A DNA stretch of 64,000 bases from the human T2T-CHM13v2.0 reference genome, Homo sapiens: NCBI RefSeq assembly GCF_009914755.1, contig NC_060941.1; one strand, given 5' to 3'. This document shows, one piece after another, positions 1-13,010 of the stretch. A program made the position numbers and the translations under genes. A model generated the notes under the pieces. It was not told where the DNA came from, searched no databases, and saw nothing but the letters and a program-made list of their open reading frames with translations. Every line of letters starts with the position of its first letter. Within the stretch, counting starts at the first letter, position 1.

Positions 1-390
1 GAGAGTGGAGGGAATCTTGGCTGCTGTGATTTTTCATCCTATTAGCTCTTTCCAAAGGGATCCTTATCTTGTGAGCAGAAGGGAGTGATGTCTTATATGT
101 GGAGTCACTGTGTATCTTTTTAGAGAAACTTAATCATCCCTCCCTACTCACCTTGAGAAGGTCTCTGGGTAGCCAGAAGCTTAGACTAAGATGAGGGTGC
201 ACAGATTGGGAAAAAATAAACAAACCTCTTATTGACCAAGCCTCTGTCCCTGAAGACAGGCATTGCTCCTCCTGGGAGAACTGTCAGGTGGGTATGCATT
301 TCTGGATCTCCCAGCAGTCCTGAGGCCAGGAGTCTGGCTGGCCATGTAGAGATGATTGTACCTGGGATATGGTGCATTCTTGAAAAGCAT

Positions 391-680
391 TGGATGGATG
401 GAAAAAAGGAAGAAGTGTGAATGGATGAATAAAGGGAAGAGAAAAGAGGAAGGACAGATGCACGGATAGAAAGATGTAGGCTGGATGTGTAGATAGACGA
501 ATGAAAGGAATGGCAGATGGACGGATAGATGATAGATGGATGCATGGATAGACAGAAGGGCAGATGAAGGATGGATGGGCAGATGGATCGATGAAAGGAA
601 GGAAGAACTGATGAAAGATGGCTAGATGGGTGGATGGATGGACAGATGGATAGATGGAAGGAAGGAAAGAGGGATGGTGA
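391..680 (+). repeat. Degenerate (GGAT/GGAA/AGAT)n purine-rich simple repeat
   Basis: Repeated tggatggatg, gatagatgga, gaaggaagga units. Confidence 0.85.
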
Positions 681-1111
681 GCACCTGGTTTCCCCTTTAG
701 TATTCATTCCCTCCTGCTGTATCCAACCAGAGGGCATTCCCTGGGCCTGCCCCTAGAAGGTGGAGAGGGTGATCCAGGACCTCTAGGACACTGGTCCTAG
801 GGAATCCCGACAGTCTTCCGTGAACATTTACGGATGTCTGTACTGACTGACCCTCCAGGAAGGCCATTCTCATAGCACCCTTTCTCTTTAAAAGCATAGG
901 GTTGCACGTATATGGCCCACCCCCCACCCCTTCTGTCATTCCCCCTCTCCTCTGTGAGGGACCTGCACACTGACAGTCTCTGGCCCATTTTTAGGTATCT
1001 GGCAGTCCCCTGCCAGAGCCAGATGTGTCCTCTCTGGGTCCAGCCAACAAAGGTCACCTCCTTGGCTGTGTGGTCTGTCAACTAAAGTCGTTGCCTCAAA
1101 CCCAGCAATGT

Positions 1112-1670
1112 CAAGTGTAGTGGATAAGAGCTCAGGCTCTAGAGGCAGATGGGGCTGCGTTTGAATCTCTGGTGCCACCATTTACTGTCTGTTACGTAAC
1201 CTCTTAGAGCCTTAGTTCCCGCATCTGTAAAATGGAGGAAAGAGTCTCTACTTAAGGGTATTGTGAGAATTCAACGAGACAATGCACACAGAGTCCTTAG
1301 AAACAAGCAGTGGCGGCCCAGTACGATGGCTCACACCTGTAATCCCAGCACTTTGGGAGGCCGAGACGGGCAGATCACGAGGTCAGGAGATCAAGTGGCT
1401 AACACGGTGAAACCCCGTCTCTACTAAAAATACAAAAAAAATTAGCCGGGTGTGGTGGCGGGCGCCTGTAGTCCCAGCTGCTCAGGAGGCTGAGGCCGGA
1501 GAATGGCGTGAAACTGGGAGGCGGAGCTTGCAGTGAGCCAAGATTGCGCCACTGCACTCCAGCCTGGGCAACAGAGCGAGACTCTATCTCAAAAAAAAAA
1601 AAAAAAAACAAGCAGTGGCTGGCACATTGTACTCAAACGCAATACATGTAGCATTTATTGTTGTTACTAC
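1112..1670 (+). mobile_element. MIR SINE split by an AluY
   Basis: MIR core (gccttagttcccgcatctgtaaaatgg...ttgtgagaatt) before the Alu; MIR 3' end (tggcacattgtactc...caatacatgtagc) after it. Confidence 0.75.
1315..1608 (+). mobile_element. AluY with 14-bp TSD
   Basis: AluY-type gaatggcgtgaa, ggagcttgcag, gctaacacgg; A18 tail; TSD AAACAAGCAGTGGC at 1301-1314 and 1606-1619. Confidence 0.93.
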
Positions 1671-3265
1671 TGAAAGTTGTGGGACTGACATCTCTTGAAG
1701 AAGAGATAGCAAGAATCCTGGCTTCTGAGAGGATCCTCAGGCACACAGCACACTGCTTGCTGAGGTCTTGAGCTGTCATCAGTGCCGGGGGATGCAGTCG
1801 GTGTGGTAGAGTGGCTGCCCAGAACGCGGGTCTCTTGGGCCTCATCCGGGCATCCTGTGAGCTCTGTTGTAAAGAGCAGCTGAGGATGGCGAGCGCTGGG
1901 GAGATGCTGTAGGGGGCCCGAGAGGAGTCATTAGCTGACCTCTCTCTCCTTGAGACAGAATCTTTTCCCTTCTGCTTTTGTTCTTATAACTGACCCTCTG
2001 ACAGTTTTTCCTCCCTTGAAAGCAGAGGCCTTGAGTCTCCTCCAGCTGTCAGTTTGCGTGTTCCCCTGGGCATAAACTCCAACACAGGCTGCCCGATACC
2101 AGCTCTCACCTTCGTTTCTGCCCTGGAGAAAGGCTGCTTTCAAGTTGGTAAAAGCCTCAGGAGACCATGGCTGGCTCCAGGAGCCTCTTTGTGCTCTGAA
2201 ATCCAGAACAGCCCTGGCCTTGTTGGCTCAGAGGAGCCTTCCAGAAAAACAGAAGTCCTCGACTTCTGCCTCATCTTCTAGCTCCTGTTCTTTTCTATTT
2301 TAAAGCCCTTAAGAAAGGAGGTGCGAAGTCCATGGTCTGTAAGCATAAAGGATTTTTAAACTAAACAAGAAAACCAATTATTTTTCTTAACTGCTTTAGT
2401 CCTTCAAATCTTTCACTGTAATGGAGATTTAGAACCCATCACAGTTGGGCTATTATTTCTGTGTAAACAGTGTCATGCCCTATTGCACCAAGCAAACAGT
2501 CAATTTTTTCCATTACACTTAGACACAGATGATGAGGGTGCCGAGTCAATGGTCTCCCGAGCAGGTTTTAGTTGATGGGGAGCGCGTGACTGTGGTTGGA
2601 GGTGAGGAAAGGGTTAAGGCTTACAGGGGATTTTGGTTCTTACCCAGGGGTCACCTTTTGGCTTCAAAGCTCTGTTAATCTTCAGGCCCTGGCTTGTGAA
2701 CCTCCTCTATCCAGAGCATGGAGACTGGGGGAGAGAGAAGGGTTGGTGAGAGACTAGAGCTAAAGTGAGAAGGGCAGGAACTGAAAGTTTCTTTCAACTG
2801 GTGAGAGAGGGCACATCTCCAGTGTCCCCATCTCCAGAGTCTCCCTTCTTCCAGATGGTTCTGCTTTTGGATCTTCTGAAGTGCACATCTGATTTTGCAT
2901 TCCACTGCTTGTAGCCCTGGGATAAAATCCAGACAGCTGCATGGCCCACGGGCCCCTGTCCTGTGGTGCCCACCTGGACTTCTTTGCTTCTCCAGCACTA
3001 ACCCTCTTGTGGACCCCTGATGATGCCATGATGCCTCACGCTCTTTTCCCAGAATATTCTTCCCACCTCTCCCCTTTCTCTGGCTTAATGCCTTTTCATC
3101 CTCCAGGACCCAGCTCAGATGCTGCCTCCCCCAGGAAGCCCTTCCCCCACCCCAAGGCTGACTGCGGGCCTGTCAGGTGCTGTCCTGCAGTTCCCCTCTT
3201 CTAGCCCATACCCCTCTGTATTGTAACCCTGATCTGTCTTCTCCAGTAAAGTATAAGCTCCTTGA

Positions 3266-3667
<402 letters not shown>

Positions 3668-3829
3668 TGAATAGATGAGTACCCCAAAAGCTTCGCCCAG
3701 ACCTAGCTGGCAGAGTAGGGTAAAAGAATAGTTGACTGTGTGCACTGGGGCGGCATCAGCCTTACTGTCCACAGCAGGGATGGAGACAGCAGTGCTCCTG
3801 GCAGCCAGCAGCTCCTGCGGGTGGAAGGT

Positions 3830-4010
3830 GGTAAAGCAGTAAAGTGAAGAAGGCGGACCCTGAAGCCAGACTGCCTGGGTTCAAATCCTGGCCCCACCAC
3901 TGTCACTTGGGCAAGTCACTTAAACTCTCTGTGCCTCAGTTCCCTTATCTGCAAAATGAGGTTAACAACAGTAGGGCCCTTATGGAGGTTAAGTGACTTG
4001 CTAGTAAAGC
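3830..4010 (+). mobile_element. MIR
   Basis: gccagactgcctgggttcaaatcctggc...cttgggcaagtcacttaaactctctgtgcctcagttcc core. Confidence 0.85.
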
Positions 4011-4314
4011 GAGCAGTTCCTGCTCTGGAGTGGCCACCCCAGGAGGGATGGCTGTTGGCATTCTCTTTATGATGCTTCTGCTCTCTTGGCTCTGCCCAAG
4101 GTTGCTTCTGGCCCATCTGAAGACCTTGCTTAGAGCAGAGGTTGGGGACCCCATGTGGCATGTAACCCTGGGGGTGGTGGCTGCCCACCTCACACCCTAC
4201 CCCCTACTCTTTTGTTTATGCCCCCTGCCTGGCCTCTGAGGCACTTGAGTTTGTGCCTTCTGTATTGACCTTTAGCTCCATCCCAGGTTTCTCGAATCAA
4301 GCTGGCTCTGCTAA

Positions 4315-4608
<294 letters not shown>

Positions 4609-5579
4609 TGACCTGTTGGTCATAAATGCCTTAAAGAGTACATTTGAGCTGCTCCCTAATCCCATGAGGTAGGCTGGTATTACTCTTCGTGTTTTCTCCA
4701 GATGAAGAAGTCGAGCCAGAGAGTAGCTGAAGGCGTGCAGCTGCAGGAGACCATGCAGCTGTAAGCCCCCACCCCGCCCGCGTGCTGCCCCCAGCCTGGG
4801 GCCCTGCTGTTGAGCATTTTTGTTTTCCTCCTCCAGACAAGTACCCTCTCAGCCCTTGACTCTGCAGTAGGCTTCAAGGTCCACTTCTGCCCCAGAGCAT
4901 CAGCTTTCTGGAAAGCCATCAGCATCTGGAGGAGAGGAGAGGAGAGGGGAGGGGAGGGGAAGAGAGGGGAAATGTCTTCAGCTACAAAATGCCTGGCTCC
5001 TTTCTCACTCAGAGGCTTCCTGCCTGAGGAGCTTGTCCTCTAGATTTTGAGGAGGAGCAGAGGGGCTGAGGACGGCAGAGCTGAGATGCAGCTTCTCTCT
5101 TGCTGTGGGTGGGCGTGCCCTTGCTGACACAGGGGGCGAGGGTGAGAGGCTCAGCAGGGTGTTGGAGTTGCTGCCGGTTCCTGCCTGTGAGTGGGCCTTG
5201 CTTTAAGCAAGGTTGAGAGCCGAAATAATGGATGCCTATGAAAGACAAATTAGGAGGGGATTATCATCTCACAAAAGAAGGCTTCTAAGGTCAACTCACG
5301 AACACTCAGAGTGAGAGCTGGTTCATGGACTGCCTGGCAGGCACACCTATGCTCAGTCCAGGGACCGGCCTCCTTGTGGCAGGGGGCAGGGCGAGCTCAG
5401 GGGCTGTGGCCCTGCCTGCTTTCCCTAAGGGCTGTTCTGGGGAGGAGCCCTGCAGATCAGATCCCCTTAGTGAAGGAGTAGTGACTGGGGGGTCCCAGAA
5501 GACAAAAAACCTAGCCATAGTAGGCAGGGGGAGGGGCAATGCCTTCTGACCCCTAATTGAAGGTGATGGGAAGGGAGGG

Positions 5580-6257
<678 letters not shown>

Positions 6258-7299
6258 TTCCACTTTTCTTTAAATGTCCTTTGAAGCTAACAGGCGGATC
6301 ACCTTCCCTCCCAGAAGCTCGGGGCTGCCTGCTTGGGGATTTGCCCATGTATTTTGTCTGTAATGCATAATATATATGCGCGTGTGAGTATGTGTGCATA
6401 GGTCCCCCCACACGGATGTATATATAACTCATTCCCCAAAGAGAGATTTATTTCAAGGCACAAATGCTTCTAGTTAGCTTCTGTGTGGATCTGATCCAGC
6501 CCAGAGCCTTTGCCATGAGTAGAATTCATTGACGGCAAAAGGAAATGAAAACAAACATTCCCTGACATGGGGCATTTCCGTCGGGGGGCCTCTGGGAATT
6601 CTCCTCCTCTATTAAAATATCTACCAAATTGGACAGAGGAACTTGGCAGCCACAGCCTGAGCTACTTAATTGTTTCTGTGGGGAGGGTATGGGCAGAAGC
6701 TATGCACTGGCCTCTCTTCCGGAACCTTCCTCTCACCACTGAAGTGCAGGAGGACAGGGCTCTTCGAGAACAGAGGATGTTTGGTTGCCCCTGGAATCCA
6801 GCTACTACCCACCTTGTCTGGACAGGTGCCAAGGGATGGTGAGGGGAGAGTGCCTGCTCCCTGACCCTCTGCAAGCAGCTCTTTGTAAAGTTTGCAGGGG
6901 AAGGTGGCCAGTGGCTGGGAACTCACATTCCTGAGATGGTCTGCAGCCTTCCGCTTAGCCCCAGCAGACTGAATATGAATGTGGTTTTGATCACAACCAG
7001 CTGATGGGAGCTGACCCAGACTTATTATGATTTTGCTGTTTTTTTCGGTTTTGTTTTTCCTTCTCCCTCCTCTTCTTTATGGGGAAGATGTTTCTTGAAT
7101 GAATTTGCTTCAGGGGACAGAGTTCAGGACGGAGGCAGATGAGGGGATATAGGAACTCTCACGCGAAGTTGGGGGTATTTGCTGATCTGCAGCATCCAGG
7201 GCTTTTTCCTCCCTCTCTCCTCTTAAAAATGGGCCACCGGTACTGTTTCCTGGGGCCTCTAGATGTGCACTGGTATTCATAGCAGTTGGGTCTAGACGT

Positions 7300-7463
7300 G
7301 CTCATTTATTCAGCATCTCATTTAATCCTTCTGCAAGGTAGTTATAATAATTTTCATTGTACCCATCTGGAAGCTGAGTCCCGGTGAAGTCGAACATCCC
7401 CCACAAAATGACAGAGCTTGTAAGTGGCAGAGCTGTTCAACTCATGCAGACCAGGCTCCAAGC
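7300..7463 (-). mobile_element. MIR fragment
   Basis: tctcatttaatcct...aagtggcagagctg antisense MIR pattern. Confidence 0.6.
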
Positions 7464-7680
7464 CAGGGCTCCTCCACCTCAGCACTACTGACGTTGGGGG
7501 CCAGATGATTCTTTGTCGTGGGCACTGTCCTGTGCATTGTAGGAAGTTGCGCAGCATCTCTGGCCTTTACTCACTACCTGCCAATAGCATCCCCCACCCC
7601 CAGTCATGACAATCAAAAATGTCTTCAGACATTGCCAAGGTCCCCTGGAAAGCAAAATTGCCCCTGGTTGAGAATCACTA
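7464..7680 (-). mobile_element. MER20 hAT-Charlie DNA transposon, near full length
   Basis: Reverse complement matches recalled MER20 consensus end to end (tgtcctgtgcattgtagga, aaaaatgtcttcagacattgcca, ggttgagaatcac). Confidence 0.88.
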
Positions 7681-7759
7681 CCTGAAACCTAAGTCCTTTC
7701 TTCTGCCCAGTGCCTGCCCCATGCTGTTACTCTTTGTGGGAATATGACTTTGTGTACTG

Positions 7760-8087
7760 TTTTTTTGTTGTTTTTTTGTTTTTGTTTTTGTTTTTGTTTG
7801 GAGACAGTCTTGCTCTGTCTTCCAGGCTGAAGTGCAGTGGCACAATCTCAGCTCATTGCAACCTCCACCTCCTAAGTTCAAGTGATTCTTCTGCCTCAGC
7901 ATCCTGAGTAGCTGGGATTACAGGCGTGCACCACCACCCCTGGCTAATTTTCTTGTATTTTTAGTAGAGATGGGGTTTTACCATGTTGGTCAGGCTCATC
8001 TCCAAATGCCTGACCTCAAGTGATCTGCCTGCCTCGGCATCCCAAAGTGCTGGGATTACAGGGATGAGCCACCGCACGCACCCAGCC
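7760..8087 (-). mobile_element. AluS with (TTTTTG)n tail
   Basis: Full reverse-complement Alu dimer. Confidence 0.92.
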
Positions 8088-8149
8088 TCTCTGTACTTTT
8101 GAATACTAAGGTGATCAGTGGACATCTGAGGTGCTTGATCCAGTGTTGC

Positions 8150-8330
8150 CAACACATATTCAACAGATATGCAGTAACTGTGTATTGAGCATCTGTGGTA
8201 TGCAAGGCACTGTAAGGTGTGGGCACTAAGTGAAACCCAGGCAGGAGTTTATTGCTGTGCCCAGGAGCTGAAGGATTTACCAAAACGCCTAGGGAGGGCT
8301 CCCTGTTCTCACAGAGGTCCCAGTTGAGTG
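8150..8330 (-). mobile_element. L2 3'-end fragment
   Basis: attcaacagat...tattgagcatctgtggtatgcaaggcactgt L2 tail pattern. Confidence 0.6.
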
Positions 8331-8835
8331 GGACACTCACAGTCTTGCTGAGTAACAGATGCTCACTTTTGGTTTTTGGATGGACAGATGGTGGGAACGT
8401 GGGTGAGTGTCCAGGTGTGCCCCAAGGACACATGCGTGCACACAAGAGAGGAGAGAATAAAGCCCAAGTGGCATCTTTGGGGCTTCTGGTCATTCCTCAT
8501 CAGGACCTGATAGGTAGTGTACTGTCCTGTCATCTAAAATAAACCTCCCTCTTGCTTTATCTGAGGGTCTGCATGCATTTCTCATTTCTGAAAACCTGAA
8601 GACATTTTTTTTCAAATCTCTTACTGTTTTTGAAAATTTACCTTTAAAACAAACATATGAGGAAAGGCTTCCAGGCCTTTGCTCTTCTAGTTTCAATTAA
8701 TTGGTACCAAAAATGTCTGCTAGTGCCACCCGTAACCCCATGTCTCAGGGTGTCAGAACCCTAGAGAGACTAGGATTCCTTGGGAGTCCTTTCTGAGGAG
8801 CCCCAGATAGGAGCTAGTGAGAAAAGAGTGTTGTC

Positions 8836-8886
8836 TGTGTGTGTATGTGTGGATGCATGCTTGTGTACACACACACACACACACAC
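8836..8886. repeat. Adjacent (TG)n and (CA)10 microsatellites
   Basis: tgtgtgtgtatgtgt...gcatgc...acacacacacacacacacac. Confidence 0.9.
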
Positions 8887-9530
8887 GAAAAGAACATCAG
8901 TTGTTCCTTTTCTCCTTTAAAAACTCCAAGAATGCATTTCAAACTCCTGTCTGCCAATCTCTCGTCCTCCCCCAGAAATCCTTGGTTAAGTCTTTAGACT
9001 CAACAACAACAACAAAGAACAAAGCCACAGACAATCTCTCCCTCCCGACAATGTCAGCTGTGAACTGAAGATCTGAATAGCCTTTAAAATTGTTTTATTG
9101 TTGTCAGCGCTGCAGAATGGTGTGTAATCTTTGTATTCTGGAGAATTTTTAATTGGCACAAAAGGGCAGTTTAGCCGGCATCTTGTAGGAGGTTTGTCAT
9201 GCAAACGGTTAGTGCCTGCCACTCACAACATATAGGGCTATCCAAGCTGATTTACATCAGCAGCTCCCTCTGGTTAATAGCCTTGTATATTTCCTGGGGG
9301 TCTCTGAGCAGAAGTCAAGGGAAGATGAGGCTTCCCTCCCCTCCTCTGCATCCACACTGCATTGCAACGCATTAGGAACCTCCTGGCACCTTCCCCTGAG
9401 CCTGGATGGAGGTTGGGGGTGAGCAGAATGGGTCCCTCACATAGGTGGGAGCCTTCAACTAGACAACTGTTTCGTCTAGAGTGGCCTACTGGGGTGCAAT
9501 CCCAAACAAGAAGCTGTCCTTCTTGCTACC

Positions 9531-9740
9531 TGTATTAGTTGGGTAGTGCTAGCTGCTGGTATAACTGAACTCCAAAATTTCAGTGCTTAACACAATAGAA
9601 GTCTGTTTCTTGCCCACTTAACAGTTCCGTACAGAGGTTTCTGGTTGCCTTTTCTTCTGTGCAGTGATTCAAGGATACCGGTTGATTCAGGGATCCAGGT
9701 TCCTTCCATCTTAGAGCTTTGCTGTCCCTTAGGACCTCAG
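9531..9740 (-). mobile_element. Old MaLR LTR fragment (MLT1J/K-like)
   Basis: tgtattagttggg...tcagtgcttaacacaatagaagt...gattcagggatccaggttccttccatct. Confidence 0.65.
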
Positions 9741-9759
9741 CGTGGCTGAGGGTTGGGCA

Positions 9760-9930
9760 CCAAACTAAACACTTTGGATATATTACCTCATTTAACCCTT
9801 AAAACAGCTCTTAGAAGATGATAGTGTTTTCATTTGACAGGTGAGAACATTGAGATTCACAGAGGCTCCGTCATTTGTTGAGGATCACATGGGAATGTCA
9901 TGGGTTTTCCAGAGCCAAGTAAGGAAATAC
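9760..9930 (-). mobile_element. MIR
   Basis: ttacctcatttaaccct...catttgacaggtgagaacattgag...aggatcacat. Confidence 0.7.
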
Positions 9931-10208
9931 CTGGTTCTCCTCCCAGTCCCCATGCCCCAACCCATCTAGACCTGTCTGTTCTCACTCTCTTCCCCATTTA
10001 AAGCTTGTAAAACAAGATTCTTCTTTTTCCAAGGCCTCACCCCCGTCTGGCCAGCTGTCTCATGCTTAGCAAGTCTTTGAGACAGGGACTTTCTCATAGT
10101 GGGGACAGAAAAATTCTACCAAATTGAGCCTGGCCTTAACTGTGGAAAGGCAGGGTAGGGTCAAAAGATGAATTCTAGACCATTCACTTCTGTTGGTCCA
10201 TAAGGCCT

Positions 10209-10209
<1 letters not shown>

Positions 10210-10261
<52 letters not shown>
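10210..10261. repeat. Perfect (GT)26 microsatellite
   Basis: Uninterrupted dinucleotide run. Confidence 0.97.
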
Positions 10262-10262
<1 letters not shown>

Positions 10263-11954
10263 GGAGGGTGAGGAAGCAGGAGCTGTTTATCTGTACTCTG
10301 GAGAGGTAAACACAGCAGGTGGGCCCCACCGAAGGAATCTCTTGACAAGCTGGGCTTTCTCGTGACACAATTGCCTGTTAATGGATTCAGCATCTGGCAG
10401 TTTCACCAAAAGCCGACTGCCAATGAGCCTGGCTGCTCGAAACCCTTGACACTGCTGATCACAAATGGGTTTCCTTTTGACGCCCTGCGCTGCTCCTGAA
10501 ATGGTCTTGATCAAACAACAGAGTAGTAGTTAACCGAAACCCATGTCCTAGAATTCTCCTCCTTCCCCACCTCCCGCAAGCAAAGTGATGTTGATGTCTG
10601 CAGGGGAAAATGAGAATGGGCCCTCACCCCCTAGCCCTGCAAAGACTGTACACATTTGTACAAAGCCTACTGAGTGCTCTGAAAGTAGCTTTTGCTTATG
10701 CATTGATGCAAAATGCACCCAAGGGGACTAGACTAAGCCAGGGAGGGCCCCAAGAGAAGGCAGTGTGCTAGGTGCTGGGGGTGGAGAGGTTGGCAAAAGG
10801 AACAGCTTCTGAAGCTTTGAGGGCTCTGAGAGAAAGCTTTCTCTTCTTAGATGTTGGGGACTTGACATCCCTGTCCCTCCTGGGTGATTTCCTGGCAGAA
10901 AGGTCAGGAACAAGTGGCAGTCATGAGTGGAAGGCATTTGAAGCAAGAGACTGTCGCAGCCTTGGTTTAATCCATGTAACCAGCCCCTTCTGCACCTCCA
11001 GGAGTGGAGAGAGAGCCACAGCTATTCTCTCTTCTCCCCACTGCTAGGATGCTGGCTGCAGCTCAGAGGGTAAATTAAGCATGTAGAGAGCACAGAGCCT
11101 CTGCCCGGCCTGCTCCTGAGAAGACTCGCCCACCCAGAGAAGCTCTCGGGTCATCTCCTCACGTGCTCTGTAGTCTCTTAGCAGACGGTATGCCACACTG
11201 GGCACATTGATGGCGGGCCCACTGGCTGCAGGCCAAAAGCCAATAGACAGTTCATCCAGAGGCCCCCTCTTTAGCTCTGGGGGAGTTTGACCTCTGCTGA
11301 TGAGAAGAAGCCATTTGGCAGAATCTGCAAGGCAGAATCGATGGCACCTAGTGGGCCCCAGATTCAAGAATCCTGGGTGCCCTGCTGGCTCTGATGTACA
11401 TCTTTAAAGCTACTTTTCCAGCACAAAAGCACTAGAGAAGCCTTTATTTGTTACTTAATGCTTGTGTTTTGTTTCAAATTACAGAACTTGAAGCCTTTAG
11501 GATGCACTGCCAGATATCTTAGTTTCTTTTCTCAAGAAAGGAAAGTCCACAGGCCCCTGAAGCACGCATTGTACTACTATCTCCCCGACAAAACCAAGTG
11601 ACATAGACAGATTACCACTGACGTCTCCATGTTACATCCAAGGCCAGCACTGATGTCATTGGGTTTCTGAATTCTCATGTTGAGCCAGAGATATGACGAA
11701 GGCCACCATGAGGTCTCAGACTGCCCTGGGAGAATCACACAGTGGTTCTCAGAGTCGGAAGGAATTCAGGGATCCTGTTCTAGATTTTAGTGCAAAGCAG
11801 CCTTGGTTTTGGCCATGGGCAAGAGGCCAAGCCATTCATTCATTGCTTTTGTTCCCCCACCATTGCTGAAATACTGATTTCTTTTCTCTAGGAAACAAGC
11901 AAGACTTAACTGTTTAACCTGTGAGAGAGTCGCTACTTTGTCTCTTTGCTGCTG

Positions 11955-12130
11955 CATTTGTTCATTCGTTCATTCATTTAAATAGTCAGTGAGTGTGTGC
12001 TGTGTGCTAATGCCTTCCTATGCACTGGGGTGGAAAACAGAACTCCAGCCTTCATGGAGCTTAATTCTGGCAAAGGGCTGCCAGCCAAACAAGTAGAAGA
12101 CTGTGTGTGCCCCAGGGGGATAACAGATAA
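11955..12130 (-). mobile_element. L2 3'-end fragment
   Basis: ttcattcgttcattcattt...ccagccttcatggagctta. Confidence 0.65.
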
Positions 12131-12859
12131 GGAACAGGACTAGAGGGAAGGGGTGGGAGTGCTTTGGCAGAGTGGCACCTTCCAGCCAATAGAGCCCTAC
12201 AAAATGATGGAGACCCTTGGGCTGCTGGGGGATTGGGAGGACTGACAGCAATCAGGATGAAGGACACTCTGAGACCAGCCCCACAGTTTCAAGCCATTTT
12301 TTGGGAATGGGGCTTTGAGTGTTGGGGTTGAGGGAGAGGCAGCCCCTTTTGCCTTGCGTACTGGGGCATGCAGGATTTGGAGATGGGAAAGGTTAGTTTG
12401 ACCTGGAGCATAGGTTCCTTCTTATGTCATCATATTCCTGGACAATAAACCTGGCCTTTGGGTCTTAACTGTCTTCTCTGGACTCAGTGTTCCTGATTGC
12501 TTCTTTCTCAGAATGGGTTGTTTTCCCAACCCTGCTGTGGGTAAAACATCCCAGATACTCCATTTTTATATTTAAGGTTTAATCGTAAATGATAATTATA
12601 TTTAATTATGGGAAATTCAACATTTCTTTCAATGAAGAGCAGGAAGGACACATCAAAAGAATCAGGATTAGAAATTCTGGTTCTCAAGTAAAGCAAAGCA
12701 GCGGTGAAAGACTCAGACACATCTGCACTAATTGGAGCCACTGAACTTTGTATTTTTGTTTGTTCTTCATGGTGGGCTGTCACCTGGACAGCAAGGTTCT
12801 CATGGCCACATCTGAGCTGCCATCCCTGAGACCTACTGTGGGCTAGACAGGCACCTTCC

Positions 12860-13010
12860 CACATGATCCATTTGATCCTCATTGATAGGTATGAGAAGTG
12901 GGAATTTAATTTTTACACATTGGGAGACTGCAGCTTGTGGAGATTGAGTAATATATCCAACGTTCTGCCAGCATTCAAACCCAGGTCAGAACAACTGAAA
13001 TGTGTTATCT
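12860..13010 (-). mobile_element. MIR fragment
   Basis: ccatttgatcctca...ttttacacattgggagactg...attcaaacccagg. Confidence 0.55.

Noticed and set aside
186-737. Longest ORF in the track (183 aa, - strand)
   Set aside because: Translation of the (GGAT/GGAA)n simple repeat; low-complexity S/H/P/I content and no domain.
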